Source: Chiloscyllium plagiosum (taxonomy: Eukaryota). Taken from it: a DNA stretch of 64,000 nt. The stretch is taken from positions 16,511,418-16,575,417 of the forward strand of contig NC_057718.1 in the NCBI RefSeq assembly GCF_004010195.1. The letters are read 5' to 3'. Below, piece by piece: positions 38,700 to 50,340 of the stretch. The notes beneath the pieces are model-generated. The model ran no database searches. It was not told the DNA's origin and saw only the letters and a program-made list of their open reading frames with translations. The position numbers were made by a program, and so were the translations under genes. Position 1 is the first letter of the stretch. Each line of letters opens with the position of its first letter.

Positions 38700-39990
38700 A
38701 CAAGTACACATCTGCTAGATTGCAGGAGGACACTATTCAATCCATTGTGTCTGTGCCAGTTCTCCACATGTGAAATACATCTTGTGTCATTCCACACTTT
38801 CTCCCTGTAACTCTTGTACATTCTTCTTTTGCAGATAATAATCCAATTCCCTCTTGAATGCCTCAAGTGAAGCTACAAACACCGCACTGTCCGACAACTC
38901 TTTTTAAAAAATTCTTTCATGCAAGGTGGGCACTGCCAGCTAAACCCAGGCAGCTCATTCCAGATATGAACAACCTATTGTGAAAAATGTTTCCTCATGT
39001 TTCTTTTGACAATTTCCTTAAATCTGTGCCCTTGAGTTCTTGATTCCTCTACAAAATGGAAGTTTCTCCTTATCAGGTCCAGACTAAACCTCTCATTATT
39101 TTGAATACTCTATTCAATGTCCTCTCAATCTTTGCTTCTCCAAGAAGATAGTCTCAATTTCTCCAATTTGATTAACTGACGTTCCTCTTCACTACAGGGA
39201 GGAGATAGCGAGGACTGCAAATGCTGGAGATCAGAGTCCAGTGTGTAGTGCTGGAAAAGCACAGCAGGTCAGACAGTCTAAAGCAGCTGTGACTGATGTC
39301 ATTACAATTATAAACTCAATTTATGCAGAATTCTAACTGCTGACTAGTGAGGAGATATTTTGGGATGAATTCAACCTCTTGCCTAGAGTAAAAACATCTT
39401 CAGGATATACAAATCCATAATATTTCTTTAAAATACAAAATTGGGATCAATATATGAGCATATAAGATTTTTAAAAACATAACCATTCCTCTTTAATATG
39501 AGGAAAGGTTCCTGATTCCTGATGAAGGTCTTATGCCCAAAACGTCGATTCTCCCACTCCTCGGATGCTGCCTGACCTGCTGTGCTTTTCCAGCACTACA
39601 CTCTCGACTCCTCATCACTATAGCCATTCTCATGAATTTTTTTACTTGTACTGTCTAAAACACAATTCCCAGAACTGGATGCAAAGTTCCAGTTGAAGCT
39701 GAAGCAGTGTCTTATACACGTTTAACATTACCACCTTCCTGTTGTACTATATGCCCATATTAGTAAAGCCTAGGAATGGAATTGCATTCATTATTTTATA
39801 TTGTCTCTCCATGTTCTTTTTACCAAAATGAATCACTTCACACTTCTCTAATTAAATTTCATTTGTCATTTGTCTGCCCGTTCAATCAACTTTCTGAGTC
39901 ACCACTTTCAGTAAAAAAAATTATCAAGCAAGAGGAGAAAACACATCACCATCCAATATACCAGATATTCACTGTTATGAAATATTTTGT
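38700..39990 (-). mobile_element. Old CR1-type LINE fragment hosting a chimeric PLE
   Basis: Reverse CR1 motifs (CAGCTCATTCCAGAT, CCAGAACTGGATGCAA, AATTAAATTTCATTTGTCA). Confidence 0.65.
39198..39608. mobile_element. Chimeric fold-back PLE family B insertion containing captured local DNA
   Basis: Left arm 39198-39276, right arm ~39516-39608, middle 39276-39507 is a copy of 40241-40502. TSD TCCTC(T/A)TCACTA(C/T)AG at 39183-39197 and 39609-39623. Confidence 0.9.
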
Positions 39991-40534
39991 ATATTTCATT
40001 ACTGTATCAGAGATCCCTCTCGACAGTGTTGGTTTGCATGGCTGAAGTTGAAACTGTGACAGACATTTGCTTCCAATTGTATGAACCTCTGTCTAAATCT
40101 TTTTTCACTGAGGTACTACTAATCCCACTTAACTTTGACCAGATGGATTATGCATTAAGGGTCTGAAACACAGGCATGTATTGGAATTTCACTCAGCAGA
40201 ACTATAGAAGGAAGGAGTGGTTAACTCATACTGATTAATCGTCTAAAGCAGCTGTGACTGATGTCATGGTGCGACAATACAATTATAAACTCAATTTATG
40301 CAGAATTCTAACTGCTGACCTAGTGAGGAGATATTTTGGGATGAATTCAACCTCTTGCCTAAAGTAAAAACATGGAGTGCTGTTTGTTACATCTTCAGGA
40401 TATACAATCCCATAATATTTCTTTAAAATACAAATTTGGGATCAATATAAGAGCATATAAGATTTTTAAAAACATAATCATTCCTCTTTAACATAAGGAA
40501 AGTGCCCAAAGTATTTTCTCCATAACAAAATTAT

Positions 40535-41078
40535 AAAATTATAGAGTTATACAGCACTGAAACACATCCTTGGGTCTAACTTGTCCACACTGCCAAGACA
40601 TCCTAAACTGACCAAGTCCCATTGGCCAGCATTTGGCCCATATTCCTCTAAACCCTTGCTATTCATGTAGCCATCCAGATGCCTTTTAGATGTTGTAATT
40701 ATACCGGCCTTCACCACCTTCTCTGGCAGCTCGTTCCATACAGGCATCACCTTCTGCATGAAAACATTACTACTCAAGTCCCTTTTAAATCTTTTCCCTC
40801 TCACCTGAAATCTATGCCCTCTAGGTTTGGACTATACTTTCTCTACCCTGGGAAAAAGTCTCTGACCATTCACCCTATCCTTGCCCCTCATGATTCTATA
40901 ACAGCTTTCTATAGGAGGGAGACCAGAATTGAATGCAGTATTCCAAAAGTGGTCATCACTAATGTCAAGTATAGCAGCAACACAACATCCCAACCCCTTT
41001 ACTCAATGCACTGACCAATGAAAGCAAGCATCCCAAACATGTTCTTCACTACCCTGTCTATTTACAACTCTACTTTCA
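40535..41078 (-). mobile_element. CR1/HER1-type LINE 3' end
   Basis: ORF 40547-40804(-) RFKRDL..WNELPEKVVKAG. Confidence 0.9.
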
Positions 41079-41203
41079 ATTAAATTGCATAGGATAAACA
41101 AGGCTCTAAAAACATTGCCATCTTTATCAATATATATTAAAAATATTTTTCAAGTAAAAACTAACACTACACATTTTATAACATGCTTCAGTGATAGATG
41201 TAT

Positions 41204-41506
41204 GATTTGATTAGATTATTTACCGTGTGGAAACAGGCCCTTCGGCCCAACAAGTCCAAACCGACCCTCCGAAGAGCAACCCACCTATACCCATTCCCCT
41301 ATCACTACGGGCAATTTAGCATGGCCAATTCACCTAACCTGCACATTTTTGGACTGTGGAAGGAAACTGGAGCACCCAGAGGAAACCCACGCAGATACGG
41401 GGAGAATGTGCAAACTCCACACAGACAGTTGCCTGAGGCAGGAATTGAACCCACGTCTCTGGCGCTGTAAGGCAGCAGTGCTAACCACTGTGTCACCGTG
41501 CCGCCC
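41204..41506 (-). mobile_element. HE1-type SINE
   Basis: Reverse complement of the HE1 head, core and tail. Confidence 0.9.
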
Positions 41507-42623
41507 ATTGGTGTATGCGATTAATATGTTTTGATAACTTTTGTGCATGTCATCTTGCATTGATGGTGTGCCCAAACAACTCGTAAATGAGACAGTAGCA
41601 CTAGCTGGCTGCAAAAGAGGCACAAACGTACCCCTTGTAAATCTTCCTACACTGCTGCACCTGTACTGGTGGCAGAGTATCCATTAATGGGGTTGCTGAG
41701 GGCTCATTATTTCCACACCTGGACAAGGTAAAATAATGGCAAAGAATCCCAGTTGAGTGAAGTATCCAAGAATGTTGGGTATGAATGATGTCATTGAATC
41801 CAATCCTCTTGATTGCTTAAAATTATTCTGAACTGGATAACTGTATGCTTCTCTTTCTATAGTTGCTTCTTTCTACAACTGCAATTGTACTTTGAGCAAC
41901 AAAATCTCAATAGTGGCATCATTTCAGTCTTGCCACAGGTATCACAGAGTTGTAACATGGCACTGTAGCCAAATGTTGTTCCAATCAATGTCGTAACACT
42001 GTTGAATCATGCTACATTGAACTATAATATGTATGAAGCAAGTGCCTGCTCTATCCAAACATTATGGTTTTACTTAATGGAATATAAAACGTTACCATTA
42101 AGTTCTGTATCAATCCTCGTGTATGTTTGATCTCTGTCCTGCACCTACTAGTACTTCTTCAACTTCTTGCCATTGTACTTTTCATCATCCATACTTTATG
42201 AGTACTGAATGTTTTTTCCTCAATCTGTGAGCATTTATCTAATGAAAAACTGGTGAGTACACAAGGAACTTATCTGTTTGGATACTGTGACATTATTATA
42301 TACATAATGTACATTATCACGAAGTTAGTGTGTAAAATGGTAAAATTGTAAAATGGGGGAAAGCATTGAGATGTTCCTTACAGATAAAATACTTTCTATG
42401 TTTAAAGATTATTTAAAAATGTCTGTAAGTAGCTGCAGGTACTCACATTGACTCAATGTATCAAAAAGCCCTTCAGTTAGCATACCCAAGCAGCATTTTT
42501 ACCCAGACAACAGTCTAAATTCAGCCAATTAATTTTAAAAGGCACTTGAAGACTAAGGATCAATTAAATTCAAATCTGATGGTGTTGACAACCTGAAACC
42601 AATCATATTATAAGAATTTGATG

Positions 42624-43207
42624 TGTTATAGGAGGCTTTATAACAGAGGGGCAATTGAACAGAGAAGGAAGAGCCAACTGTCATCCAAGGAGATATCATA
42701 CCCGCCATGTGAGAAAGAAATACTGGGCTCTCACAAGAAATCTTTACGATCTCTAAAAAGCACTATCTATTCTTGACACTAGAAAATGACAGAGAAAACA
42801 TCCCCGACAGCAGAATCAGCAGAGAGAAATAGGAGCATTCCGGAGGATCCATTCTGTGTAAATTTTGAGAGAATAAGTTTTAATTTATTCTTATTAATTG
42901 GATTTATAAGAGGGATCTGTATAATTGAAACAGCATACCAACAGAATCTTGTTTTATTCGGGAATAGGTAGTTAGAGAAGGATTGTTCGGTTAGGAATTC
43001 TGTTAATTTTGTTCACTGTTGGAGTTAGATAAATAAATTGTTACTTGTTGATTGTAGAGTGAGTTCATTTCATTCAACCACCCCTTTATAACAGATTGTG
43101 GGGGTGAGAGGTAGGTTATACCACTTGTCACACTTCTTTATCGGATTAGGAGGCTAAGTGCTCCCTTCTGGGTGTTTTGGAAGGACATGTGGCTTCTGTC
43201 CATTACA
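42624..43207 (+). mobile_element. Probable solo LTR
   Basis: TGTTATAG...CCATTACA termini, ~580 bp, AATAAA at ~43032, end resembles the 45661-46237 LTR. No clean TSD. Confidence 0.5.
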
Positions 43208-43604
43208 GAGATGCTCTATAGACAGGGTGGCATTGGGTCAATCACATTAGAGGTGGCATATGTACCGTCTATAAAAGACCCTCATTGAAAAGGTAACAAA
43301 GTTTAGATGTGACACACTCCATGCTTCCTGCATATTGTCAGCTTTATACCTCTCCGCACCAACACTGTTAATCACTTCCTTCAACATGTGCTAAGCAGAC
43401 CTTAAGAAATGGATGGTCCTTTAATGTTTAAGGATTTCTGTCCCTCGCATTTGCCTGCCACGAAACACTTGAAATCTGAACCAAAACAGCAAATTCTTAC
43501 ACACAATATTTAAATAGTGTAGGTCATACAAAATTCAGAAAAGGCTGCATCTTTCTCTTAGGCACTCAATTATAAAATTCTATCCCAGATATGAATAAGT
43601 ACTT

Positions 43605-44465
43605 GAATTGAACTGAATTAGCTTTGGTTATGGACCAGACCAGATCCCCCCCAAAATATTTTAAGAAGGTAGCCTAGACCCTAACTTTTTCTTATTTTAA
43701 AGGCAGATGTGAAATGGATATTCCAGCTGTCAAACCACTCAGCTATAAGCAAAACAGAATTTATTTAAACACTACCACTGAAACATGAACAAAAGAAAGC
43801 AGAATCTAGAGAACTTAATTATTGAAAAACTTAACCGCGTGATACTGCTGTTCCAATACAGTAACATCTCATAAGCATGCCCCTTCGCAAAAAGGTAAAT
43901 TCAAACACAGATTCTTATAGGCAGGAGGGAACAACATCCAGAGAAAGATTTCAGAGAAAGTCAGAGAAATCCTTCACTGAAACTTGCAACACTTCCTGTG
44001 AATACTGCAGCAAAAGAAAAAAAACCTGAACTGGAAGAACTGGCCAGTCCCCTTCCATTGTTTAATTGTTACTCCCTCAACTCTTTAGCACCTCTGCATT
44101 TACAACCTCTTTTCAAAAAAAACCTTTTTAAAGTGACAGCATCATCACACTTTATTGTCACACGTATTCGCATTTCAGTGAAAACTTTACAAGTCGCCAC
44201 TTATGGTGCCATCTTAGGTAAAAAGGTACCCAGCTATAGATTCTTGACTACAAATTCTTTGGGGAAAATACTAGAAAAATAAAAACAAAAAGAAGTCTAG
44301 CATTACAGACAAAAGTACAAAATCATAGTGATCAATTGGAAAATAAAGAAATAAAAGGTTCAGAGTAACAGTCCTTCCACGATAATGTAATTAAAGAAAA
44401 GAAAAAATGAAACTCTGGGCTGGAGTATCTGACTCCTATTGGAATCCTGGGCCGGACCCACCATG
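43605..44465 (-). mobile_element. Unclassified retroposon (same family as 2770-3508), split by the solo LTR
   Basis: Removing the LTR and one CTTT restores GAATTGAACTGAATTAGCTTTATTGTCACACG..GGTGCCATCTTAGG. Confidence 0.7.
43626..44149 (-). mobile_element. Solo LTR with 4-bp TSD
   Basis: CTTT|GGTTATGGACC...CATCATCACA|CTTT; reverse-complement homolog of 45661-46237. Confidence 0.85.
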
Positions 44466-45660
44466 ATGCCAAAGAAACGTTTTTAATAGAAATGGGCGCT
44501 AGTGTGATCCCACAAGGATGAGCACGTAAAGAAGCAAATCATTGAACATGATTCTACCCCAGCCTACCTCAATTTGACTGGGTAGCCTTAGTCCAGAGCA
44601 ACATGTAATTTTAACAGGAAAGAAAGATAATAGCACTCCTTCTGGAGGAAGTAAGAATTGCAAATACTTTTTAAGAGATTCAATTATGCCTTACAGGGTC
44701 GCTTCTTAAAACAAGTAGGCATTGTAGATATTTGTTTTAAACAAATCTAGATTTTTTTAACCAAACGTATTTTTTCTCAGATTTCTTATGGTTCATTCAG
44801 TAGCACCTACCCTCTGAACTCGAAGTTCAAGTTCTATGCCAGGGAAGTATTTAATGGAAGAAACAGATCTTGACTGCTGGCTAAAGATCTAATGAAAGTC
44901 TCACATCACCCAATTTAGGGAATGAATGCCATGTTAAATGCTAATCAGAGACTTAGCTGGACAGTGACAGACCATCCCTGGGATCAAGAGCCTTGGCAGA
45001 AATCCCAGAAATCCTGGGAGGTGCTGGTAATCAGAGGCCAGCAGCATCACCAAGGGACTGGTGACTGCTGCCAGTAATGCATGAAGCAATAATGCTTCAT
45101 CCAGGTCACAGGTGAGTGATGGCAGAATAGGAATTAAGTTGGGGAGTGGGGTGTTGTCACTAATGGTAACGCTCAAAGGCTCTCCATAATCCCGATGTCA
45201 GGTCACTTAGTAAGACACTGAGTGCTTTTGAATGGCAACTCTACCCACAGACCCCTTGTCTGAAAGACCACAGGTACCAGTGGCATGAATTTTCTTTTCA
45301 GGATTCTTACACAGCGAGTCCTCCAGTGAGCCCTGTAAATTGGTATTATTTAATCAATCAACCTGCCCCGATTTAATCTGGGCAATGACGGGAAGGTGGC
45401 AGGATCCCTACCTGACCCTCCCACCTGATTAAAAGCTGTTCACCATCTCAGTTGCTTCATGGAGGGTATTAAATTCAACCCCAGGAATTAAGCCATAGAA
45501 ATTTAGATGCGTGTACTAATCTTTCGAAAACCCAATACTCATATGGGACAACCAGCATTTGTGAGGATACAAAACAGAAATAATATTTTTCTTGGATGGT
45601 TTTAACCTTACACTAAAAATCAATCATTCTCCTAACTAAATCAATTATGTGTGTTTGGGC

Positions 45661-46237
45661 TGTAATGATGACATCACTTTAACAAGGTTATTTTGTCCTT
45701 AGGGTTTTTTTAAGAGAGGTCTTAAAGGCAGAGATACCGACATGTCTGTAAAGACTCTAACAATGGCAGGGGAATGACCAGTTGTCCTAGTTTAGTTTTT
45801 TTCTAGTTTGATTTAGTTGTAACAGTGAGAAGCTGCTGTAGTCCAGAGAAAGGTTCCAAGCTTCAGCAGATGATTTTTGACTGGCTTCTCGCTCTGAAAC
45901 CTCCCCTGCCTATGAGAACCTGTGTTTGAATTTACCTATTGCCAAGGGGTGCATTTATGGGATGTTGCAGGAATTGGAACAGCTCCTTAGTTAAGTGTGG
46001 TAAAAGAGTTGGTTGAGTTTTTAAATAGTTAAGTTATCCTAAATTCTGTTCTCTTTTGTTCATGCTTCAACTGTAGTGTTTAAATAAATTCTGTTTTGCT
46101 TAAAGCCGAGTTATTTGACCAGCTGCATTACATCTGGAATATCAATTACACATCTGCCTTTAAAATGAGAAAAAGTTAGGATCTAGGCTACCTTCTTGAA
46201 ATATTTTGAGAGGGTCTGTCTGGCCTCATCCATAACA
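45661..46237 (+). mobile_element. Solo LTR
   Basis: TGTAATGATG...CCATAACA termini, flanks GGGC/GTGC (3/4 TSD), AATAAA at ~46083. Confidence 0.85.
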
Positions 46238-46514
46238 GTGCACACCTAGCAAATTTAATTTGTCTCAAGTTTCTTTGTCATACCTCAAAACATTTATTAA
46301 ATAATTCAAATCATCAGATCCAGTAACCTCCAATTTATTAACTATGAACTCATTCAAAATGCACAGACAAATAATTAGATTTTGGAACCTTAAAGGGACA
46401 CATTCATATAAACATACTCAGGAGAATAAATCTAATTTGTTTTCCAGTCCTTATGTAGAATGAAAAACCATGACTGCAATTTTCCCTTTTTCATATTAAG
46501 CCTAGGGAAGGGTG

Positions 46515-47860
46515 CACATATGAACATTTGCATTTGGGGCAGGAATAAACCACTCAGCCCCTCAAACCCACTCCACCAGGGAATAAGATCATGGCTTATT
46601 TGATTACTCCATATTCCTACAACGTTCCTCTCCTGGTTCATCAAAAATCTATCTACCTTTGTCTTAAAATTATTAAAAGGTTCTGCATTCACCTTTTGAG
46701 GAAGGGAGTTCTAAAAACTCATGACCTTCCATGAGAAACAAAGTATTTCTTAGCTCCGTCTTAAATGGATGACCCCTTATTTTTAAACAATATTATAAAA
46801 AGATTCTCCAAGAAGAAATTTCTTTTCCACATGTTCCCTATCATGACCCTTCTAATGCGTTTCAATCAAGTTACCTCTTACTCTTATCTCTAGCAAATTC
46901 AAAAATACATCGTACAAACTTACTTTTAAGAAAATCCACCCATTCTAGGCATTAGTTTAGTAAAACTTCTCTGAATGCTTCCAATGCTCTTATATCCTTT
47001 CTTAAATAATAAGGCAGTATTCCAGATATGCTGTCACCAATGCCTTGTGTACCTGTAAATGACCTCTTTACTTTTGTATTCAATTCCAATTGCTACAAAC
47101 AGCAACATTCTATTAGCTTTCCCAATTAGTTGCTGTACTTTCAGACTAATCTTTGTCAGTCATGTTTCAAATCCTTCTACATCTCAGAGTTCTGCAATCT
47201 TTCACCTTTTAGTTAATATGTCTCCTTTCTATTCTTGCTACCAAAATGGACAACTTCACATTTTCCCCACATTATACTCCATTTGCCAGATCTTTGCCCA
47301 CTTCCTTAACCCAGCTACTGCATATCCCTTTGTAGTATTCTTATGACCTTTTCACATTGACTTTCCTACTTACTTTTACATCATTAGCAAATTTAGCAGC
47401 CATACTTTTAGTCTTTTCAACTAAGTTATTTATATAATTTGTAAAACATTGAGACCCAGCACTGATCCCTGTGGGGTGGCATGGTGGCACAGTGGTTGGC
47501 ACTGCTGCCTCACAGCCCCAGAGACCCGTGTTCAATTCTCCCAGTGTCTGCGTGGGTTTCCTCCGGGTGCTCCGGTTTCCTCCCACAGTCCAAAAATGTG
47601 CAGGTCAGGTGAATTGGCCATGCTAAATTGCCCGTAGTGTTAGGTGAAGGGGTAAATGTAGGGGAATGGGTCTGGGTGGGTTGCTCTTCGGAGGGTCGGT
47701 GTGGACTTGTTGGGCCGAAGGGCCTGTTTCCACACTGTAAGTAATCTAATCTAATACCATTTGTTACACCTTGCCAATCAATAAAGGACCCATTTATATC
47801 TACACTATTTTCTGTTAGCTAGCCAATATGCTACCACCCCCTTCACAATGAGCTTCTATC
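46515..47860 (-). mobile_element. Old CR1-type LINE fragment, interrupted by HE1
   Basis: Reverse of FANDVK and CCCAGCACTGATCCCTGTGG (PQGSVLG). Confidence 0.8.
47473..47755 (+). mobile_element. HE1-type SINE
   Basis: GGCATGGTGGCACAGTGGTTGGCACTGCTGCCTCACAG..(AATCT)n. Confidence 0.9.
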
Positions 47861-47984
47861 TTCAGAATGTTTAGTTATTTCAGAATGTTTAGACTAACTT
47901 GCCAAAGCTAATCATGAGGAAGCTTGTCGTATCATGTGCCAAGCAACTTAAGAACTTTGCATCTTATTGCAGACCTCAAGACCT

Positions 47985-48074
47985 AGAAGCTCCTGGGCTT
48001 GGATCGGCGCAACATCGAGGGCCCAAGGGCCTGTACTGCGCTGTATTCTTCTATGTTCTATGTTCTATGTTCTA
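47985..48074 (+). mobile_element. Very short CR1 3' tail
   Basis: GGGCCTGTACTGCGCTGTATTCTTCTATGTTCTATGTTCTATGTTCTA. Confidence 0.75.
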
Positions 48075-49124
48075 ATCAGTGACATCAAAACCTTCAGTCA
48101 AGGCATACTTTCCAGATCCAGTAAAAAGCTGGCAGGATTTTTGAGCTTCTTGCAGTGAGGGTTGCAGGGACGGGGTGTCATTGGGTTTAGAGGCAAGGGT
48201 AGGAATTTGGCTTTCAGGGGTAACCCCCTTGACCCTGATCTGTGCCTCTGACTGATCCCAGATAGGAATCAATGGAGGCTGAAATCCTCCAACCTGACAG
48301 GCAGGTTGTTCAATTGGCCAGCCACGAAAGCTACCACTTTTCTCACCTACTGAGACGACAGGTAACTGAAGATATGGCAATTTATGGATTTTAATTGCAA
48401 TGTCAAGAAAATCCACAGTGGACCTTCTCGCTCAACACTCCGTCACCCAGAAGGGGAAATTGGGCCAGTATTGAGAGACAGTACTACAGGAAATATGCAC
48501 ATATACACAGATGTATATATACAATACCCATAGATATACAGTATAACCTCATAAATTGTAACATTTTGTAATGAGTTTCAAGTTAGCATGACACTTATTT
48601 TCCCCTGCAAACTACACAGATCAATAGGAGTTGCATGGATTTAAACAGATATGAAGCAAATAAATAAAATGACAACCTGTACCTTGGCAGTTTTCAATGT
48701 TATTACCACAGAAATTCAAACAAAAGCCACCTGATTGATGTGATGGCAAGCCCATCTTACCTCAAAGGCACACCAGCACAAAACTCTTAACAAATCTCGG
48801 CATATATACAATAAGATGTTTTTCTCAATACTTCCAACTCTACAAAAAAAGTCAATTCCTCTTAGCTAAATTAACCTAACATGCAGCTTTTTTCTCTTCA
48901 CACTATTGTTATTTTTAAAGCAAAATCATTTTAATGACTCTACTTATAAGCTACCAATGCAAATGTTAATGTTATGTTGAAAGGAAATGGAAAGACAGTT
49001 TAGTTACATGACCTATGACATTCTCCTATACAGCAACAATCAGGAATGTCTCCACAGTTTGCTAAATCAAATGACAACATCAAAATAAAATGCTTGCACA
49101 ATACCATGGAAGTAACCTAGAATT

Positions 49125-49398
49125 GGGTGACATGGTGGCTTTGTGATTAGCCTCACAGCATCAGGGACTGGGTTTGATTACAGTTGGGTGACTGCCTATG
49201 TGGAGCTTGCATATTCTTCCCACGTCTGCATGGGTTTCCTCTGGGTCCTCCAGTTTCCTCCCACAGTCTAAAGATGTGCAGGCTAAGTGGACTGTCCATG
49301 GGAAATGCAGGGTTACATGGCTGGGTCTGGCCGCGATGCCCTTCGGAGGGTTGGTGTGGACTCAATGGGCTGCTTGGCCTCCACACTATAGGGATTCT
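49125..49398 (+). mobile_element. Diverged HE1-type SINE
   Basis: HE1 core GGGTTTCCTCTGGGTCCTCCAGTTTCCTCCCACAGTC. Confidence 0.82.
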
Positions 49399-49487
49399 GT
49401 TAAAACAATGTGTCTTAGTATAAAATAACACTGTTGAATTTACAAAACAAAATGCCATGGATGCATATGCAGTTAGGTCCAATGAAG

Positions 49488-49693
49488 TTAAAAAATCACA
49501 CAACACCAGGTTATAGTCCAACAGGTTTAATTGGAAGCACACTAGCTTTCGGAGCGACGCTCCTTCATCAGGTGATAGTCTGAGCATCGCTCCAAAAGCT
49601 AGTGTGCTTCTAATTAAACCTGTTGGACTATAACCTGGTGTTGTGTGATTTTTAACTTTGTACACCCCAGTCCAACACCGGCAGCTCCAAATC
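49488..49693. mobile_element. Fold-back PLE-derived element, family A (tail on right)
   Basis: Inverted arms; TSD AGGTCCAATGAAG at 49475-49487 and 49694-49706. Confidence 0.9.
49540..49574 (-). ncRNA. Minimal hammerhead ribozyme motif (PLE family A), intact core
   Basis: Minus strand CAC-CTGATGA-A-GGAGC(GTC)GCTCC-GAAAG-CTA-GTG: helix I CAC/GTG, 5-bp helix II, palindromic AGCT helix III. Confidence 0.68.
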
Positions 49694-49721
49694 AGGTCCA
49701 ATGAAGATTAACATTTGAGAT

Positions 49722-49996
49722 CTGCCTCAGGCGACTGTCTGTGTGGAGTTTGCACATTCCTCCCTTGTCTGTGTGGGTTTTCTCTGGGTGCTCTGGTTTC
49801 ATCCCACAGTCCAAAGATGTGCAGGTTAGGTGAATTGGCCATGCTAAATTACCCATAGTGTTAGATGCATTAGTAGGGGTAAATATAGGGTAGGGGTCTG
49901 GGTGGGTTACTCTTTGGAGGGTCAGTATGGACCTGTTGGGCCAAATGGCCTGTTTCCATACTGAAGGGAATTTAATTGAATCTAATGTAATCTAAT
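49722..49996 (+). mobile_element. 5'-truncated HE1-type SINE
   Basis: GCCTCAGGCGACTGTCTGTGTGGAGTTTGCAC..AATCTAATC. Confidence 0.88.
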
Positions 49997-50340
49997 CATA
50001 AAATAAATGCAAACTAACTGAAGAAATAGATAATGAGAGTTCAGAGTCATTATGTTAGAGAATGAAAGGTAAGATTGGTAGGATTAACGAACAATGGATG
50101 AACAAGACATTGACATTTTAGTCAAGACTAAAAAATAATTATGTACTAGATGTAGACAACTGGGTTCAAATTAATCTAGGGGCTTTGTTAACAGGGACAT
50201 CAGGAAGGCAAAGAGGTGATATAAGATAGCCTTGGCAAATGAGTTTAAGGACAATCCAAAGCATTAAGAGCAAGACAGCAACTAGAGAGACAATAGGAGT
50301 CCTTAAAGATCAAAGAGGTTGTCTTTGTGCTGAACCTCAG

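Noticed and set aside
43626..46237. Single DIRS-like or TIR element bounded by long inverted repeats
   Set aside because: Each repeat has its own 4-bp TSD, one sits inside another retroposon, and there is no RT, recombinase or transposase between them.
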